A DNA stretch of 63,994 nucleotides, filler included, from Aduncisulcus paluster (GCA_024181965.1; 15 parts of 15 records of this genome joined end to end with filler, not necessarily neighbours in it); one strand, 5' to 3'. Shown: positions 48,182 to 61,143, counted from the first letter of the whole stretch. Made by a program: numbers and translations. The notes: generated by a model from the letters alone, not told the origin.

Positions 48182-51100
48182 AATCCTTCCTCCTATTCGT
48201 CCAGTTTTAGCTCTTCCTCTTCTGCGTCTTCCTCTCGGTCCTCTTCTTACACAACATTGCCACACGCCGAAAGACAAGTGAATCAAATGCAGACCAGTCA
48301 AGTCACCTCTTCGCTTCCCAAACGTGTTAATGAGTCCTTGGATGAGTTTATACAGTCATTTCAAGAGTGTGTATCGTTATCAAGTGAATCTTATCCAATT
48401 ATAACTGCAGTTGCACTTTGTGTTGGGGCTGGATGTGTTATCCTGCATTCTCTACCCATATTCGAGATATCTTCCATAAGACCTTCTGTGGGTGAGAGTC
48501 AGGACTCAACAACTGCTTTAGCTGGGAAATATATGGGATCTGAATCCTTTGAGTTCCCTTATGCCACTCCATTTCATCTCTTCTCCTCTCCCTCTTCCTC
48601 TTTATATCCGCTCACACCGCCCAGTCTCTCTCCTTCAGCTCTTTACTCTTCGATGCGTCTTGCCTCATCGCTATCTCACTCGATCATGGAGCTTCTTCTC
48701 TCTCCTTCCTTCTCTTTCTGTCTGTGTGGAAGATGGAGGAAGATTTTGTGCTATCAATCTTCAAATATCCCTTACAATATGCAAATGTGGACAAAATCAT
48801 TCGAAAATGGGGATAATATTTCTTATATTGAAAGTCAATCGAAACCGATTGATGAATCTAAAAATAGATCTTATGAAGCAGATTATTCAGCATATCAACA
48901 AGGAGATGAGAATGAGAATGGGTATCTTACCTCGACTTGTGATGGAAATACTGAATTCTATACAAACCAATATATTCAATATTCTCCAATAATTGCCAAG
49001 ATTCAGGATCTGAGTGACTCAAATTGTCAGTCAGCAATTGGGACAGATGGAGAATTCTCGTCAATATTTCACGATGAATCAAATATTTCTTCCTGGGGAG
49101 CCATTGGAGATTGGATTCAAAAACTCAAGGATCATCGTATGTATGAATTGCAAACGAGCCATTCACAAACCCCAAGTGATGGTCTATCTTCATATATGGA
49201 GAATGAGCAACAAGATGGGCATGTTATGCATTCATATCCTTCATATGGAAAGGTATATGCATCAGTTTCAAGGGAAGCTAATGATTCAACGAATCGCATG
49301 GAACCAAGATCTGAGTCAAGTAGTCGACCGATGTCTCCCTTTTCCTTTGATAACCCTTCAAGTCTTCAAGCTCCGTCATTAAGCTCAATGCAATCCCATG
49401 ATTATGATGGAATTGAATATGGAGAAGAACGACCATTTGAAATTCATCCTCCAACAATATTGAATGATACATGTGAACCTAAACCAATGATATGTAGAGA
49501 TGTGAGTTCTGACTCGAATGGATCTAATTCGTCACTTTCCACTGCTTTCTTATCATTAACTCAAGTATTGTATTCTGTATGCATTCTTGTATGCAGTGAA
49601 AGTATTCACAAACAGGATGAGATCAGTAATTTGTGCTCTCTCTCAGTTAAAACTGTCAAAAGAGGTCTGAAGAATGATCCAACTGTTTCCAAACATGACT
49701 ATCCAATCTCTTCTTCTTCCTCTTCCTCCTCTTCCTCCTCTTCCTCCTCTTCTTCCTCTTCTTCCACTGGTTCTTCTAGTATTTCAACCAAAGAAAGCAT
49801 TTCATTCAACTCTCTGATGTTAATTGCCTCCCCTTCGTCGCCTTCTTTCTCAAGAACATCATTAAGACCTGTTCAAACACCGCATATGGTGAATACTCTT
49901 CCCATTCCCTCGAAGGATAGAAAATCTGATAGAAAATGGTTGTTTAAAACACAATCTCACTCTCTTCCTTCAAATAGAGTGACCATTTCACCGGCGTTTT
50001 CTTCTTCTTCCTCTTCATTAACTCTGTATTCTCACTCATTAACACCCATATATGTTGCTCTCGGAATGTTGAGTGGAGTGTACATGCCTGCTTCTATCTC
50101 ACTCAGTCTACCTTGTGCTGGAGCTCATTCGGCATCAATTAATGAGGCCCTGTTATACGATCTTTCTCAATCTATAATTGGAAAACGATTGAACTCTGTT
50201 GACTCTACCTCAATATCTAGCTCAGAACAGTCTTTCGAACAATATTATGATGATATCAATCCCATTTCCGAGTATTCTGTTGGGGTGGGATCTATTATGT
50301 ATAATTTTGGCAAGAGGAGACAACCTAATGACCTTGAATTGCGTCAGTCCATCGTGGATCTTTGTTGGAATACGTTGGGGAGTTCCGTTCCTTCCCTCAT
50401 ACTTGAAGCAAAGAGAAAGAGAGAATCGTTGGAAGCCAAGGGAGAACCCAGTGGAATTAATCAAAGCTCAGATCCGAGCTCGTCTCTGGAAAGTAGTAGT
50501 CCCATTACTGTTCCTCATCAAATCATGCAATTCTTCTCGACACAATATGGGATAACTTTACAGCGATTATTTGAGTGGATATTGCCCGAATTCTCGCCGA
50601 ATGCGATGTTTTCTTTCTTATCTCTGCTAATTTATGTTGTGAAAATGTACGAACAACTTCCAAAAGAGAATGCAATTGTCGATTATTTCTCTCGAATTTT
50701 ACCCGATCGTGAAGCCCAATCCGTTGAAAAATCATCCCAAGATGCCTATAATTTCATTGAAGGTCTCTCTTCTTTCTTCTCCAACCCTTCTCTTTGTCTG
50801 GAAAGGCATCCTTTGTGGAAATTATCATCCAAAAATATCTTTCCTGGTGAAATTATTTCCACTCTGAAACACTTTGGATTATCTTTCTTTTCTTCTTTCA
50901 CAGCTCCTTCACCTTCTTACATTCCATTTTTGACTTTTCATTCTCACCACAAGGATCTCACCCTCCTTACACCAGAGAAGTTCGCAAAAATGTGCATGGT
51001 GAGTTTTGAAAAGGGAAAATTCGACACTGTTCTATTTTTGGCTCGGACTCCGAGTATAAATTGTTCAACTATTTTGAAATATGTTGACTCAATGATTTTT

Positions 51101-54100
51101 GAATTGTCTCAAGTTCTAGACTCTCAAATTTCCCATTCATCTCTCCCTTCTCCTTTCCCCTCGTCCTCTTCTTCCTCTTCTTCCTCTTCCTTCTCCTCTC
51201 TGCTCTCCTTGTCGATTTTGTTACAGCATTCAATTACAATCATCTTCTGTCTTCTCAGATCCATATGTGTCAGGATGATGGCTATGTTTGTTGCTGTTAA
51301 TATCGGTAAACGGTGTATCACAGTCAGACTAATGGAAGAAAGAGAGAGATATTCACAGGAAGAGGGAGGAAATAAGGGGAAGGGTAAAACAAACTTTAGT
51401 TCTATTTTTAGCCAATTGAGAAACATTTATCCTCCATTTTTAGATCTTATTGCAAGCAAAAGGAGATTGAGTAATGTTCAAAGAGCAAGACAAGGATGTG
51501 AATTTCCGAATCCTTCTTCCTCTTCCTCTTCCTCTTCCTCTTCTCTTGGCATGGTTTTTCCAGATATTCTCGAGATATCGATTATTCCTTCCATTTTGAA
51601 TTCTGTCCTTCAGACTCCGATTCTATTTTTAAAACAGCTGATTTCCTTATCTGTGAAGATTGAAGAATATCTAATATTAGAAAATGAGAAAGAATGTTCG
51701 ATTTTTGAGTCTGCTTCAAAACATACTCATGATATTCAACAGGACATTGTTTGTGAAGAAGGAAGTGGATGGAACTTCATTCGAAAACATTGGGCTTCCT
51801 CTTCATCGTCCTTCAAAGCTTCAAACTCATTAAAACGAACAAATCCTTCCTCCTCCTCTTCAGCCTCTTCGGCCTCTCCCTCTTCTTCTTCTCCAACGTC
51901 ATGTCATTTCTCTCTTCCCCAACCTTTCTCCTTTAGGAAACTCCATCTTTCCATTCTCTCTCGATGCATATGCTCCTCGATAAAGAATGTCATTGAAAGC
52001 ACCAATGTTTTGTTTTGTATGCTCCGATGTGGAATTATCAATAATCCACCCAGACATGACTCATTTACACCTGCTCCCGCTATTTTAGCTGTGGCACAGT
52101 CTCCTTTCGATCCACATTCACTTTCTAGTCGTCTCCTTACTTCGCGGCTTCAAACCCACAAACATCTTGAAGGAATTGTTCAGAAACTGAATTCATACAG
52201 TTCTAAAAATATCACATTCAATCCCTCGAATTCATCCTCAGTTTCATTCCTTGTTCGCAGAGAAAGGCAGAAGAGTATCCTTGTATCTTCTTTGTTCCTA
52301 TTCTATTCCTCAATATGCACACATTTATATATATCCTGTCTTCCATCACTCTCGCTTGAAGCCAGAATTGATGGAAATGTCCGGGTGAGGAAAGTTGAGG
52401 TGAGAGTGAAGAAGAAAGAGGATCAAATACAAGACAGAAGGAGAAGAAAGGTGGTGGCGGATGAATCTATCAATACTATTACTGGGTGGAAAGATGGAAT
52501 CGGTGTCGTATCCGGTGGCGGTTCTTCTGAACTTCTCTCCTATTTCTTGCCAAGCCCACCTTTGTTCATCGACGCTGTCATTTTTAATCCGAATAGTGTC
52601 TTTTGTCCTCCTTCTTCATCATCTTCTGGTTCTGGGTCAACTTCTAATTCAATAGCGAAATCTTCANNNNNNNNNNNNNNNNNNNNCATACAGTTCTAAA
52701 AATATCACATTCAATCCCTCGAATTCATCCTCAGTTTCATTCCTTGTTCGCAGAGAAAGGCAGAAGAGTATCCTTGTATCTTCTTTGTTCCTATTCTATT
52801 CCTCAATATGCACACATTTATATATATCCTGTCTTCCATCACTCTCGCTTGAAGCCAGAATTGATGGAAATGTCCGGGTGAGGAAAGTTGAGGTGAGAGT
52901 GAAGAAGAAAGAGGATCAAATACAAGACAGAAGGAGAAGAAAGGTGGTGGCGGATGAATCTATCAATACTATTACTGGGTGGAAAGATGGAATCGGTGTC
53001 GTATCCGGTGGCGGTTCTTCTGAACTTCTCTCCTATTTCTTGCCAAGCCCACCTTTGTTCATCGACTCTGTCATTTTTAATCCGAATAGTGTCTTTTGTC
53101 CTCCTTCTTCATCATCTTCTGGTTCTGGGTCAACTTCTAATTCAATAGCGAAATCTTCACCCATCACTTTTGCCCTCCTTGAGATGATCAAAATTTACAC
53201 GTCAAGCAAGCCAACATTTCGGTATATTCATCACACATCGAGGATTTCTTTCTTTACACTGGTTGAATCTATTTTTGGATCAGATTCCGATCTTCTGAGA
53301 TACTCAACTCTTGCTGCTTGTGGTGCTTCCTTATGTCAGAGAGGATATGCCCGAGAAGAGACAAAGTATTTCCTTTCATCAAGATTTGAAGAGGAAGAGG
53401 AATGGTCCCATAACCAGGATTCGATATCCTCGATGTCAAAATCACTGGATTCTCCCGATTCTCCGTCATACACAGGCATTGGTATTTCCAAAGGTAGCTC
53501 ACGTGGTCTTGCTTCTTCCTCAAGTGGAGATGAACAATATATTCACCAAGAAAATACACTTCCTCTGTTAGCTCCAATATCAAATTTCCTACAGATGAAC
53601 TCAAACATGTATGCTGATATTCATTTGTGTAATATTTGGGGCAGGATAGGTGGGATCAATGAATTGATACCAAGTATTCGATTGATTAACGATATATTCT
53701 CGTCTTCTTACGGATTTGCTGATATTATTGAGACATTCCATTTCTCAAATGCAATTCAATACCTCCACACACCTAAATCAACAATTCTCATGAATGATAA
53801 GAAAGATCAAGATGGGATTGTCTCGTCATTGCCCAGTGCCACGCGTTCTATTCCTCTCTTATTATCCATCCTTTCTCGTTGTTTGTTCTGTTGGTACTCT
53901 TGTCATCCCTACAATGCCGTCAACACATTCAAACGCATTGTGAAGGAAAGGAACGTTGAATTGGAAAGGGTGCGACAGTATGGAGTGTCAGCATCCACAA
54001 GGGGTATATGGGAGGATAAAAAGAAAGAGAAGTGGGAAGAAGAGCTTCTTCGTGAACAAGAGATGATGTCGAACAGAATTCCTGATTCATCTTCTTCCTC

Positions 54101-57100
54101 CTCTTCGTCTTCTTCCTCCTCTTCCTCTTCTTCCTCCTCTTCTTCATATTCCTCAATGAGTACAGTCTCTGATACGTTATCTGAATTCCTCGCTTCTCTG
54201 TTCTTTTCGTTCACACCTTCCGAAAGTGTCGAGGATGTTCTCCATTCATATAGAAATACCCATTATAGGCCTTCTTTTTGCATTGAATGTGGGATTGGAG
54301 GAAAAGTGTGCAAGAAATGTTTTGACACTGAGAGAATTAAAGCTTGGGGGGAAGAAGGGAAGAAGAGAGAAGAGAAAGAAGAGAAGGAAAGAGGGTGTGC
54401 TGGAATCAATTCCTTGCTGTCAAGCGCTCTGTTCTCCAATTCTCAGCATTCTTCACGTGGATCTTCATCTATTCCTTCAAGGAAATCTGACAAATTGAAG
54501 AAATCATCGACGAATTCTGTAACCTCAACCAGTGATATCTCTGATCAGGCCAAGAGTTACCTCCATTCTTGTCTCTCTTTTCGTGTTTTCTGTCCATATT
54601 GGTACTCTGAAAGGGAATGGAATGATTTTATTTTTTCATCGGTGTCTTATTCGCCACATTTCTCCAATAGTGCCCCGTATTCGTTGAAAAATTGCAAATA
54701 TGTCAGTGTTCGGCCTGGATCTGAAAGACAAGAATGGAAAACTCCAGACAAGAAGAAAGGACTCTCTTGGTTCTTGTCTCGCAAAAAGGATGACAGAAAG
54801 AACAATGGAGTGACACCAGCATCTAGTTCACGTTCAAGCTCTGGAGAAGCCACAAGTCCATCCACATCCACATCATCTTCTTCCTCTCTTCGTTCTTCTC
54901 CTGTGCTTCTCACTCAGCCTTCATCTGTTCCCCCGCTTGTGCAAACTGACGGTCCCGTTGCTCCATCGTCATTCACATCGACATCTTCCTCAATCTCAGC
55001 ATCTAGTACCGGCTCTTCTTCGGCTGGGCATGTTCCTGCGAGACGATCAACCGGTGGAAATCCTGATATGGCTCCAATGAGTCTCCTTGCATCAGAATCT
55101 CATTCATATCCTCTAAATATCAGTCTGGATACGATTCAATTGGATCACAAACAAATCCTTGCATACTCTGGTTCATTGTCAAATCTGAGTGCTCCCTGGG
55201 AAATCATTCAGAACATTGGTCTTGGATTTGGAGATAATTCCATTCTCGTTTACCTTCTTCGGGTTGGTTTTGTATCATTATTTGATGTTGAGAAAGTAAG
55301 GCTTATTCTAAAAGCGTACACCCAACAGAACCACCAGTGTATTTCAGACTCTTTACTTCCGCTTTTGCATGCTGCCGCCGAAGATACTGATGGTTGGCTC
55401 GTTAAAGCCGTGATTCCCGATCAGGCCATCAGTGTGAGTATGTGTGACATGACTCAATTTATATTGCCTTTAAATTGGAATAATATTCCTTTCCAACACA
55501 TGAATAGCCTTTCTTTCTTCATCACTCTGGATCCTGTCTCACACATGCCTAAGTTCCAAGAATATGCTTCACGGCATCCCCTTTCTGCGGCTATTATGAA
55601 ACACGCATTATTCACAGAATGTCACATGGTGTTTGATTTGCTTAAGAATTCGGATATTCATTTCGTTGAGTGGATTCATAGTCAAGGTAAGGAACTTGTT
55701 AACCTCCCTAATGGGGTCTCCCATTTGCAAACACACGTATTTTGGTATGGAGAAGAGGAGAAGAGGGGAGAAGGGAAACTTGACAAGCGTTTCTTGTATG
55801 ATTTCGGTGCTGGATTGTTCTATGAGAATATCTTACTCCGAACAAGGAGATTATTCGGTTCATCAGTATGTGAATCGGTGAGAAAACATGAAGAAGCGAT
55901 GGCTTTCTCCAAGACCCTAGCATTGGGTCGAATGGCTTCTCTTTGTGTTTTTGGCATTGCCCGTCTTCCTCCTCCTTATCTTCAGCAAATTATTGAGAGC
56001 AAGTATCTTCTAAGTCGGTTGTTACACATGTGCGATCAAAGCATGATCAATGATACATTATTTGTGTACAGACATTATACTCGATACCATGGAGCTATTG
56101 AACAAAGGCTTGTGCAAATTATCCATAATGCCGAAGAAATGGTGATCGCAATTCGGGCGTTGGGAGAGAGAGTCGGTTGCTTGCCTAACAATGGATCTGT
56201 TTTTTCTGCTCTTTTGGCTCTTTCTTCATTCGTTATCTCTTTGTCAAGGTCTCTAATGACTATGTGTCTTGTAATGTGTGAATCTGAGAGTGAAAGTATT
56301 GCCAAATTTAGGAAAAGGATATATCACACCATGTCAGATTTCCTTGACTGTAAAAGGACTACAAACAAGGCAAGGGTTAAACTCAGCGAAAGCTGGAAAA
56401 GAGGATTGAAGAGGAAAATGAGTGCAGAAAGCGAAAATGAGATGATCGAAAACGAGAAAAGAAGGAAAGAAGATGATATTGAACGTCAAAAAATCTTGCA
56501 GAAAGAAACCATTGAGAAATTAAAATTGGAAAGAGAAAAGTTGAAATTGGAATGCAAGAAAGGAAAAGATAAAAAGGTCCGTTCAAAGAAAAAGAGTTCA
56601 GGGAAACATCAAGAGTTTTCTTCGAATTCCAATGAAAATGCTTACGAAAAGTTATCTCCAGAATTATTCCTGGCGAATTTGCTCGATACTGATGTTTCCA
56701 CCACTGATTATGCTTATTCGGATGAAGATGACGCATGTGGTGGAGAGATAATCCCTGACGAATTATTTTCTCAACCATTTGATGCACTTAGTGGAGTTCT
56801 AATTCCTTCTGAAAGGGTAATTGTCCGAGTTTTGAGTTTTATTTCTCTTTGTTTCGATGCTTCTTTGACAATTATTTCCCCTTTGTTATCTCTAGCACAC
56901 GCATTAACTGCCTACAAGGAAAAACTTCAAGCTCACGTCGAGAGCATTGTGTGTGAGTTGTGTGGGCTAGCGTACGGTTCTGATCTTTTATGCACCAAAC
57001 TGTGGGATTCTTCTCCTCTTTCCTCTCCAAGTTCCTCTTCACCCACCGGGGTTTTGTCTCAAGCCAAGAAAATGTATAAGCACATCTCCAACAATAATCC

Positions 57101-57599
57101 CTCATTGTTGATTCATTTTGCATTGGTATGCTATCGAGTTGTAAAAGTGGCGAGGAAAGAAGGAATTTGTTGTCAATCGTTGATTATTACTCTCGCCAGA
57201 CGTGTTGCCACTGCTGTCAGTAGCAATGGGTTGTTCTTCAATTTGTCGCAGATGTTGATGCGTCCATTGTCATCACATCTAAGAATAGAGTGCAAAGGGA
57301 AGGGAGCTCTTGAAATTGAGGATATGAAGGGTGAATATATCATATCTCTTCATGGATCCAGTGGTGGAAGTTGTGTTCCATCTTCCCATGTCAGTGGTGT
57401 GTGGATCATATTTGACCAAAAGAAGGTCAGAATTGAGGTTGGAATCAAACCTTATGAGGGAAGGGCTGCTAAGTGGACTTTTCCTCTCAATCAACTTGAA
57501 AAGGATCGGAGTTTATTACTGTGTCTCTTATTCGGGACTGTGGGAGAGTTATTCTCTTCATTTGATTCTTTTTCTAAGTTGTCAGTCATTAAGAAGTAA
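48182..57599 (+). CDS. Giant Ser-rich hypothetical protein, at least 2974 aa, 5'-partial
   Basis: ORFs 48257-52699 and 52785-57599 join in frame once the 473-bp duplicate and 20 N are removed; the frame is open from the contig start. Confidence 0.8.
52194..53159. repeat. 473-bp overlap duplication around a 20-N gap (artefact)
   Basis: 52194-52666 matches 52687-53159 with one difference noticed (G52574/T53067). Confidence 0.9.
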
Positions 57600-57809
57600 G
57601 TTATTTATTGTTTAATTTCCGAATTTCTTCGTTATTGTGGTATTTTATGAGCAAATTTTTGTTTGCATTATCTGACTATTTTTATTCTAATAAAGCTAAA
57701 TTTCAGAGAATATAAGTTGTTAATAATGTGAATTTATGCATAGAATGTGAAAAAAGGCAGAAATGTTTTATAAATATTTTATCAAAATATTTCGAAAAAC
57801 AAAAATATC

Positions 57810-57883
57810 GGAGGGCTGGTCTAGATGGTTATGACGTCACGCTAACATCGTGAAGGTGCCGGGTTCAATCCCCGGGTCCTCTA
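57810..57883 (+). tRNA. tRNA-Val(AAC): tRNA-Val, anticodon AAC
   Basis: Acceptor stem GGAGGGC/GTCCTCT, D arm GTC..GAC, anticodon arm TCACG-CTAACAT-CGTGA, T arm CCGGG-TTCAATC-CCCGG, discriminator A, then a TTTT Pol III terminator. Confidence 0.93.
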
Positions 57884-58072
57884 TTTTAATTCATGTGAGG
57901 CTGAGTCGTTTATTATTAATAAAATTAATCCTGAAAATTTATTATTCTTAAAGGGTAGTTCTTCCATAGTATTGTTGAAGATTTTTCTGCACTCAATGAT
58001 ATAGTATGCAGATTTACCCGAAAAATTGTATTTTGGGGCGCGTTATTGTGTCAGATCTTTTAATATTTGTCT

Positions 58073-58894
58073 ATGGGAGATAATTACCAAAATATATTTT
58101 ACTGGTTTGGTTGGATCTCCACCATTGCCTGGGCTATTAGCAGTTCGTGTTTTGTTGTCGTAACTTTGATACGCAAGAGTTTTGTGAAAGGAACTTCCAT
58201 TGCACACTACTGTCTCCATCTTTATGCTTATTTCTTATATTCAATTTATAGTCTTTTGGGATATTTAAATGTTGGTGATGTTGGTGATGTTGTCTTCGTG
58301 TATTCCTTCGATCTTACCAATTCTCTTTTAACGATGTTCTTTTCTGGCATAAACATCCTTATATACCTTAAATGTAGGCCTGATAAAACGGAAAAGATCG
58401 CTGATGTTCCTTTTAAGATGATATATATCACTGCCATCATTGCTGCCGCTTTATTTCTTCTTCACGTCGTTATTTGGGACACTCCCGATTGGATTGGCCC
58501 TGTAGAAGCACTTGGAACGATCAAAGTCGTTGTAATTTCTTACCATTGGTATTATTTTGGTGTGACTCGTTCAAAGAAAAAAGAGCAACCTGAAACTCCA
58601 TATAATAATACCGCAAACCATATATGTATCGTTGCTTATTGCTTTAGTACTGTCGGTTCTGTCTGTTTGTTTGCGCAGATGATTGTCGCTGCTATAGGTG
58701 ATGGAAATGTTTGGGAAATGTTTGGAAATATTCCCAAGCTCCTGACAACATTGTTTTCCGTCGGTTATAATGTTTTCATGATTAAAATCCACCTTAAAAT
58801 GAAATTGGAATATAACAGATGCGCGGAAGCCACCCATTTGATTCCCACTGAATCAGCCAACATATCTTCAACGGCTCGCATTGAAGGGGTATAA
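58073..58894 (+). CDS. Divergent cystinosin/ERS1-like 7-TM lysosomal transporter
   Basis: FGWISTIAWAIS, RKS..GTS, IKV, AQM and FGNIPKL...FSV match the cystinosin layout by eye, but both PQ motifs are missing. Confidence 0.75.
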   Translation: MGDNYQNIFYWFGWISTIAWAISSSCFVVVTLIRKSFVKGTSIAHYCLHLYAYFLYSIYSLLGYLNVGDVGDVVFVYSFDLTNSLLTMFFSGINILIYLKCRPDKTEKIADVPFKMIYITAIIAAALFLLHVVIWDTPDWIGPVEALGTIKVVVISYHWYYFGVTRSKKKEQPETPYNNTANHICIVAYCFSTVGSVCLFAQMIVAAIGDGNVWEMFGNIPKLLTTLFSVGYNVFMIKIHLKMKLEYNRCAEATHLIPTESANISSTARIEGV

Positions 58895-59128
58895 AATTGA
58901 GAATTAATGCCCATTTGTTCAACATCGTTTGTAAATGTAACTCTTTCGCTCTTAGTTGTTTCTTTGAAGAAAATGGAAACTTAATTCCTTTTCCTTCAAG
59001 AAGAACTCCTTTCATTTTTGTTTTCTGTTATGCCACAAATTGGTAGTTATCTTTCGTTATTTTTCGTTGTAATATGAAATGAAAGCTTTTCAATAAGATT
59101 TAATTTTGTGAGATAATATATAATTGTC

Positions 59129-59569
59129 TTATAATGCCCGCCGAATCGAGTAAATTCTTGCCGGAGGCTTATTTGACTCCTTGTTCGTAAGACACGCATG
59201 AGTAATTCCCCTTCCAAGCTCAACAATAGCAGTCACAGAGTTACCAATTGCAACGATCTTCCGTGTGAAATCCAGGATAATGTTCGTCGATACAACCTCA
59301 GTGATTTGAGCATCAAATACAAGATTCTGAGACCAGTCACTTGTGCCAAAAGCATGAGCAACAATGTCTGCTCTCTGGGTTCGAGTGTGTAGATGCCGGA
59401 GGAAGCGAGTGTCTTCTTGAGTAATAGGAAGACCCAAGACTTCCTCTAACCAGACAGCAGATAGCGACCTTAAGTCGTCATGCCTGCCTATAATGTTCGG
59501 GCGAATACTAAGCGATTCTACGTAAAGTCACGGCTGATCAGACATGTGTCCCAGTGACGAAGCGCTCAT
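59129..59569 (-). pseudogene. 147-codon frame with a single in-frame TGA at codon 14 (pseudogene, readthrough gene or base error)
   Basis: ATG 59569, MSASSLGHMSDQP, TGA at 59530-59528, then LYVESL... open to TAA 59129; its limits match a GC-rich island. Confidence 0.5.
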
Positions 59570-59826
59570 TCATTATTTTAATTTTTGAATTTATATCATA
59601 TATTTATCGTCATTTCCCAAGAAAAAAGGAATTTACATCAAGCCGGAAAATTTTTACATCCAGCTGGAAAGAAGCTTTAGCTGGATCCCAGGGCCGGCTG
59701 AATGTAAATAAATAATTGACCCTCAGNNNNNNNNNNNNNNNNNNNNNNNNNNNNNNNNNNNNNNNNNNNNTTAATTAATTAANNNNNNNNNNNNNNNNNN
59801 NNNNNNNNNNNNNNNNNNNNNNNNNN

Positions 59827-61115
59827 CTTCTCGCCGGCTCGCTTTATCACACGCAATGCTCCTTGCTCGTGCATCTCTCGGACTTGTCCGTAGATGGAGC
59901 TCCCTCGGTGTGAAGCTCTATCTTGTGTTCATGAGTATCTACGGCATGTACAGAGACCACACACATGCTCTCGAAAGCTTCAACTATGCCCTGCGTATCT
60001 GTGTGAGTGTGTATGGCGGAGGAAGTGGAATTGGAGGTGGTAAGAGTACTCCTCTTGAAGGTCACGTGTGGATGGAACTTGGGAGCATGTGGTATCTTCT
60101 TGGGGAGTTTGAGAGAGCTCTCGAAGCCTTCTCAAAGGCCCATAAGATTGCCACAAACACTCTTGGGAACTCTCACAAAATCACTGCCCTCTATTTAACA
60201 AAGATTGGTCATGTCCACCGAACAAAGATGAACGGGGAAGAAGCCTTGGGATGTTATGAACGTGCTAGATTCATTTATGAAGCCGTGGATGGTCCCTCTT
60301 CGATAGATGTCTCGTTTATCCATTTCTACAGGGCAGAAGCCAAGATTCTCACTGGAGAACAACAAGGAGCTATCGTAGCTGCTCGTCGTAGTCTTGACAT
60401 TCGTGTTAAGTTACTTGGTGACACTCATCCTCTGACTCTTGCTTCCTACACACAGATGGCCAAAGTTGCCGAGAAGAGCAGCAATACAGCGATGACTATT
60501 AAGCTTTACGAACATCTCCTCAAGAAATTGAGAGTTGTCACTGGTGAAATCAGTCCCGAAAGCATTGAAGAAGGTGATGAACCCGCTCGGAAACCTACTA
60601 AAATATTTACTGCTGGTGAGATCCTTCAATGCCAAAATCAGATCAAGAAGGTAGTTCGCACAATCGTTGGAATTTCATTGAAAGAACTCCCTCTACAACA
60701 TCAAGGTGTGATTCGAAGAGTCAAAGCCAAGTATTTGGGTGAAGGTGGCAAAGATAAACATGGAGGTTCAAGATCTGGAAAGATGAGCTTCTCTGGAGTC
60801 TTGGGATCTAGTGCCACTTGCGTCAGCAGGATATATGACAAAGCTGGTGTTCGTAGGATCTTGAATTTATTGTACAAAGCTGACAATCCTTCAAAGGTCG
60901 TGGAGAGTATTGTTGAACGTAGTATGAGACTTGATGGCCATGGAGATAATGATCTCGTTTGCCTTATCCAATGCGTTGACGTGAAGGAATCCGAGCTTCA
61001 GGAAGTGGAAGAAGGAGAACAAGAGGATCAATACACGCGTGCTGAAAGGATGGTTCAAAGAATCACTCTGCAAAATCAAGTTGGAGGTGGAGCTATGAGC
61101 CCCGATGGATTGTAA
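59827..61115 (+). CDS. TPR-repeat protein (kinesin light chain / Clu1 C-terminal-like repeats), 5'-partial
   Basis: About 42-aa repeats such as ALEAFSKAHKIATNTLGNSHKITA and ARRSLDIRVKLLGDTHPLT. Confidence 0.82.
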
Positions 61116-61143
61116 AGATGTTTGTCGAAATTCTGATATAATG

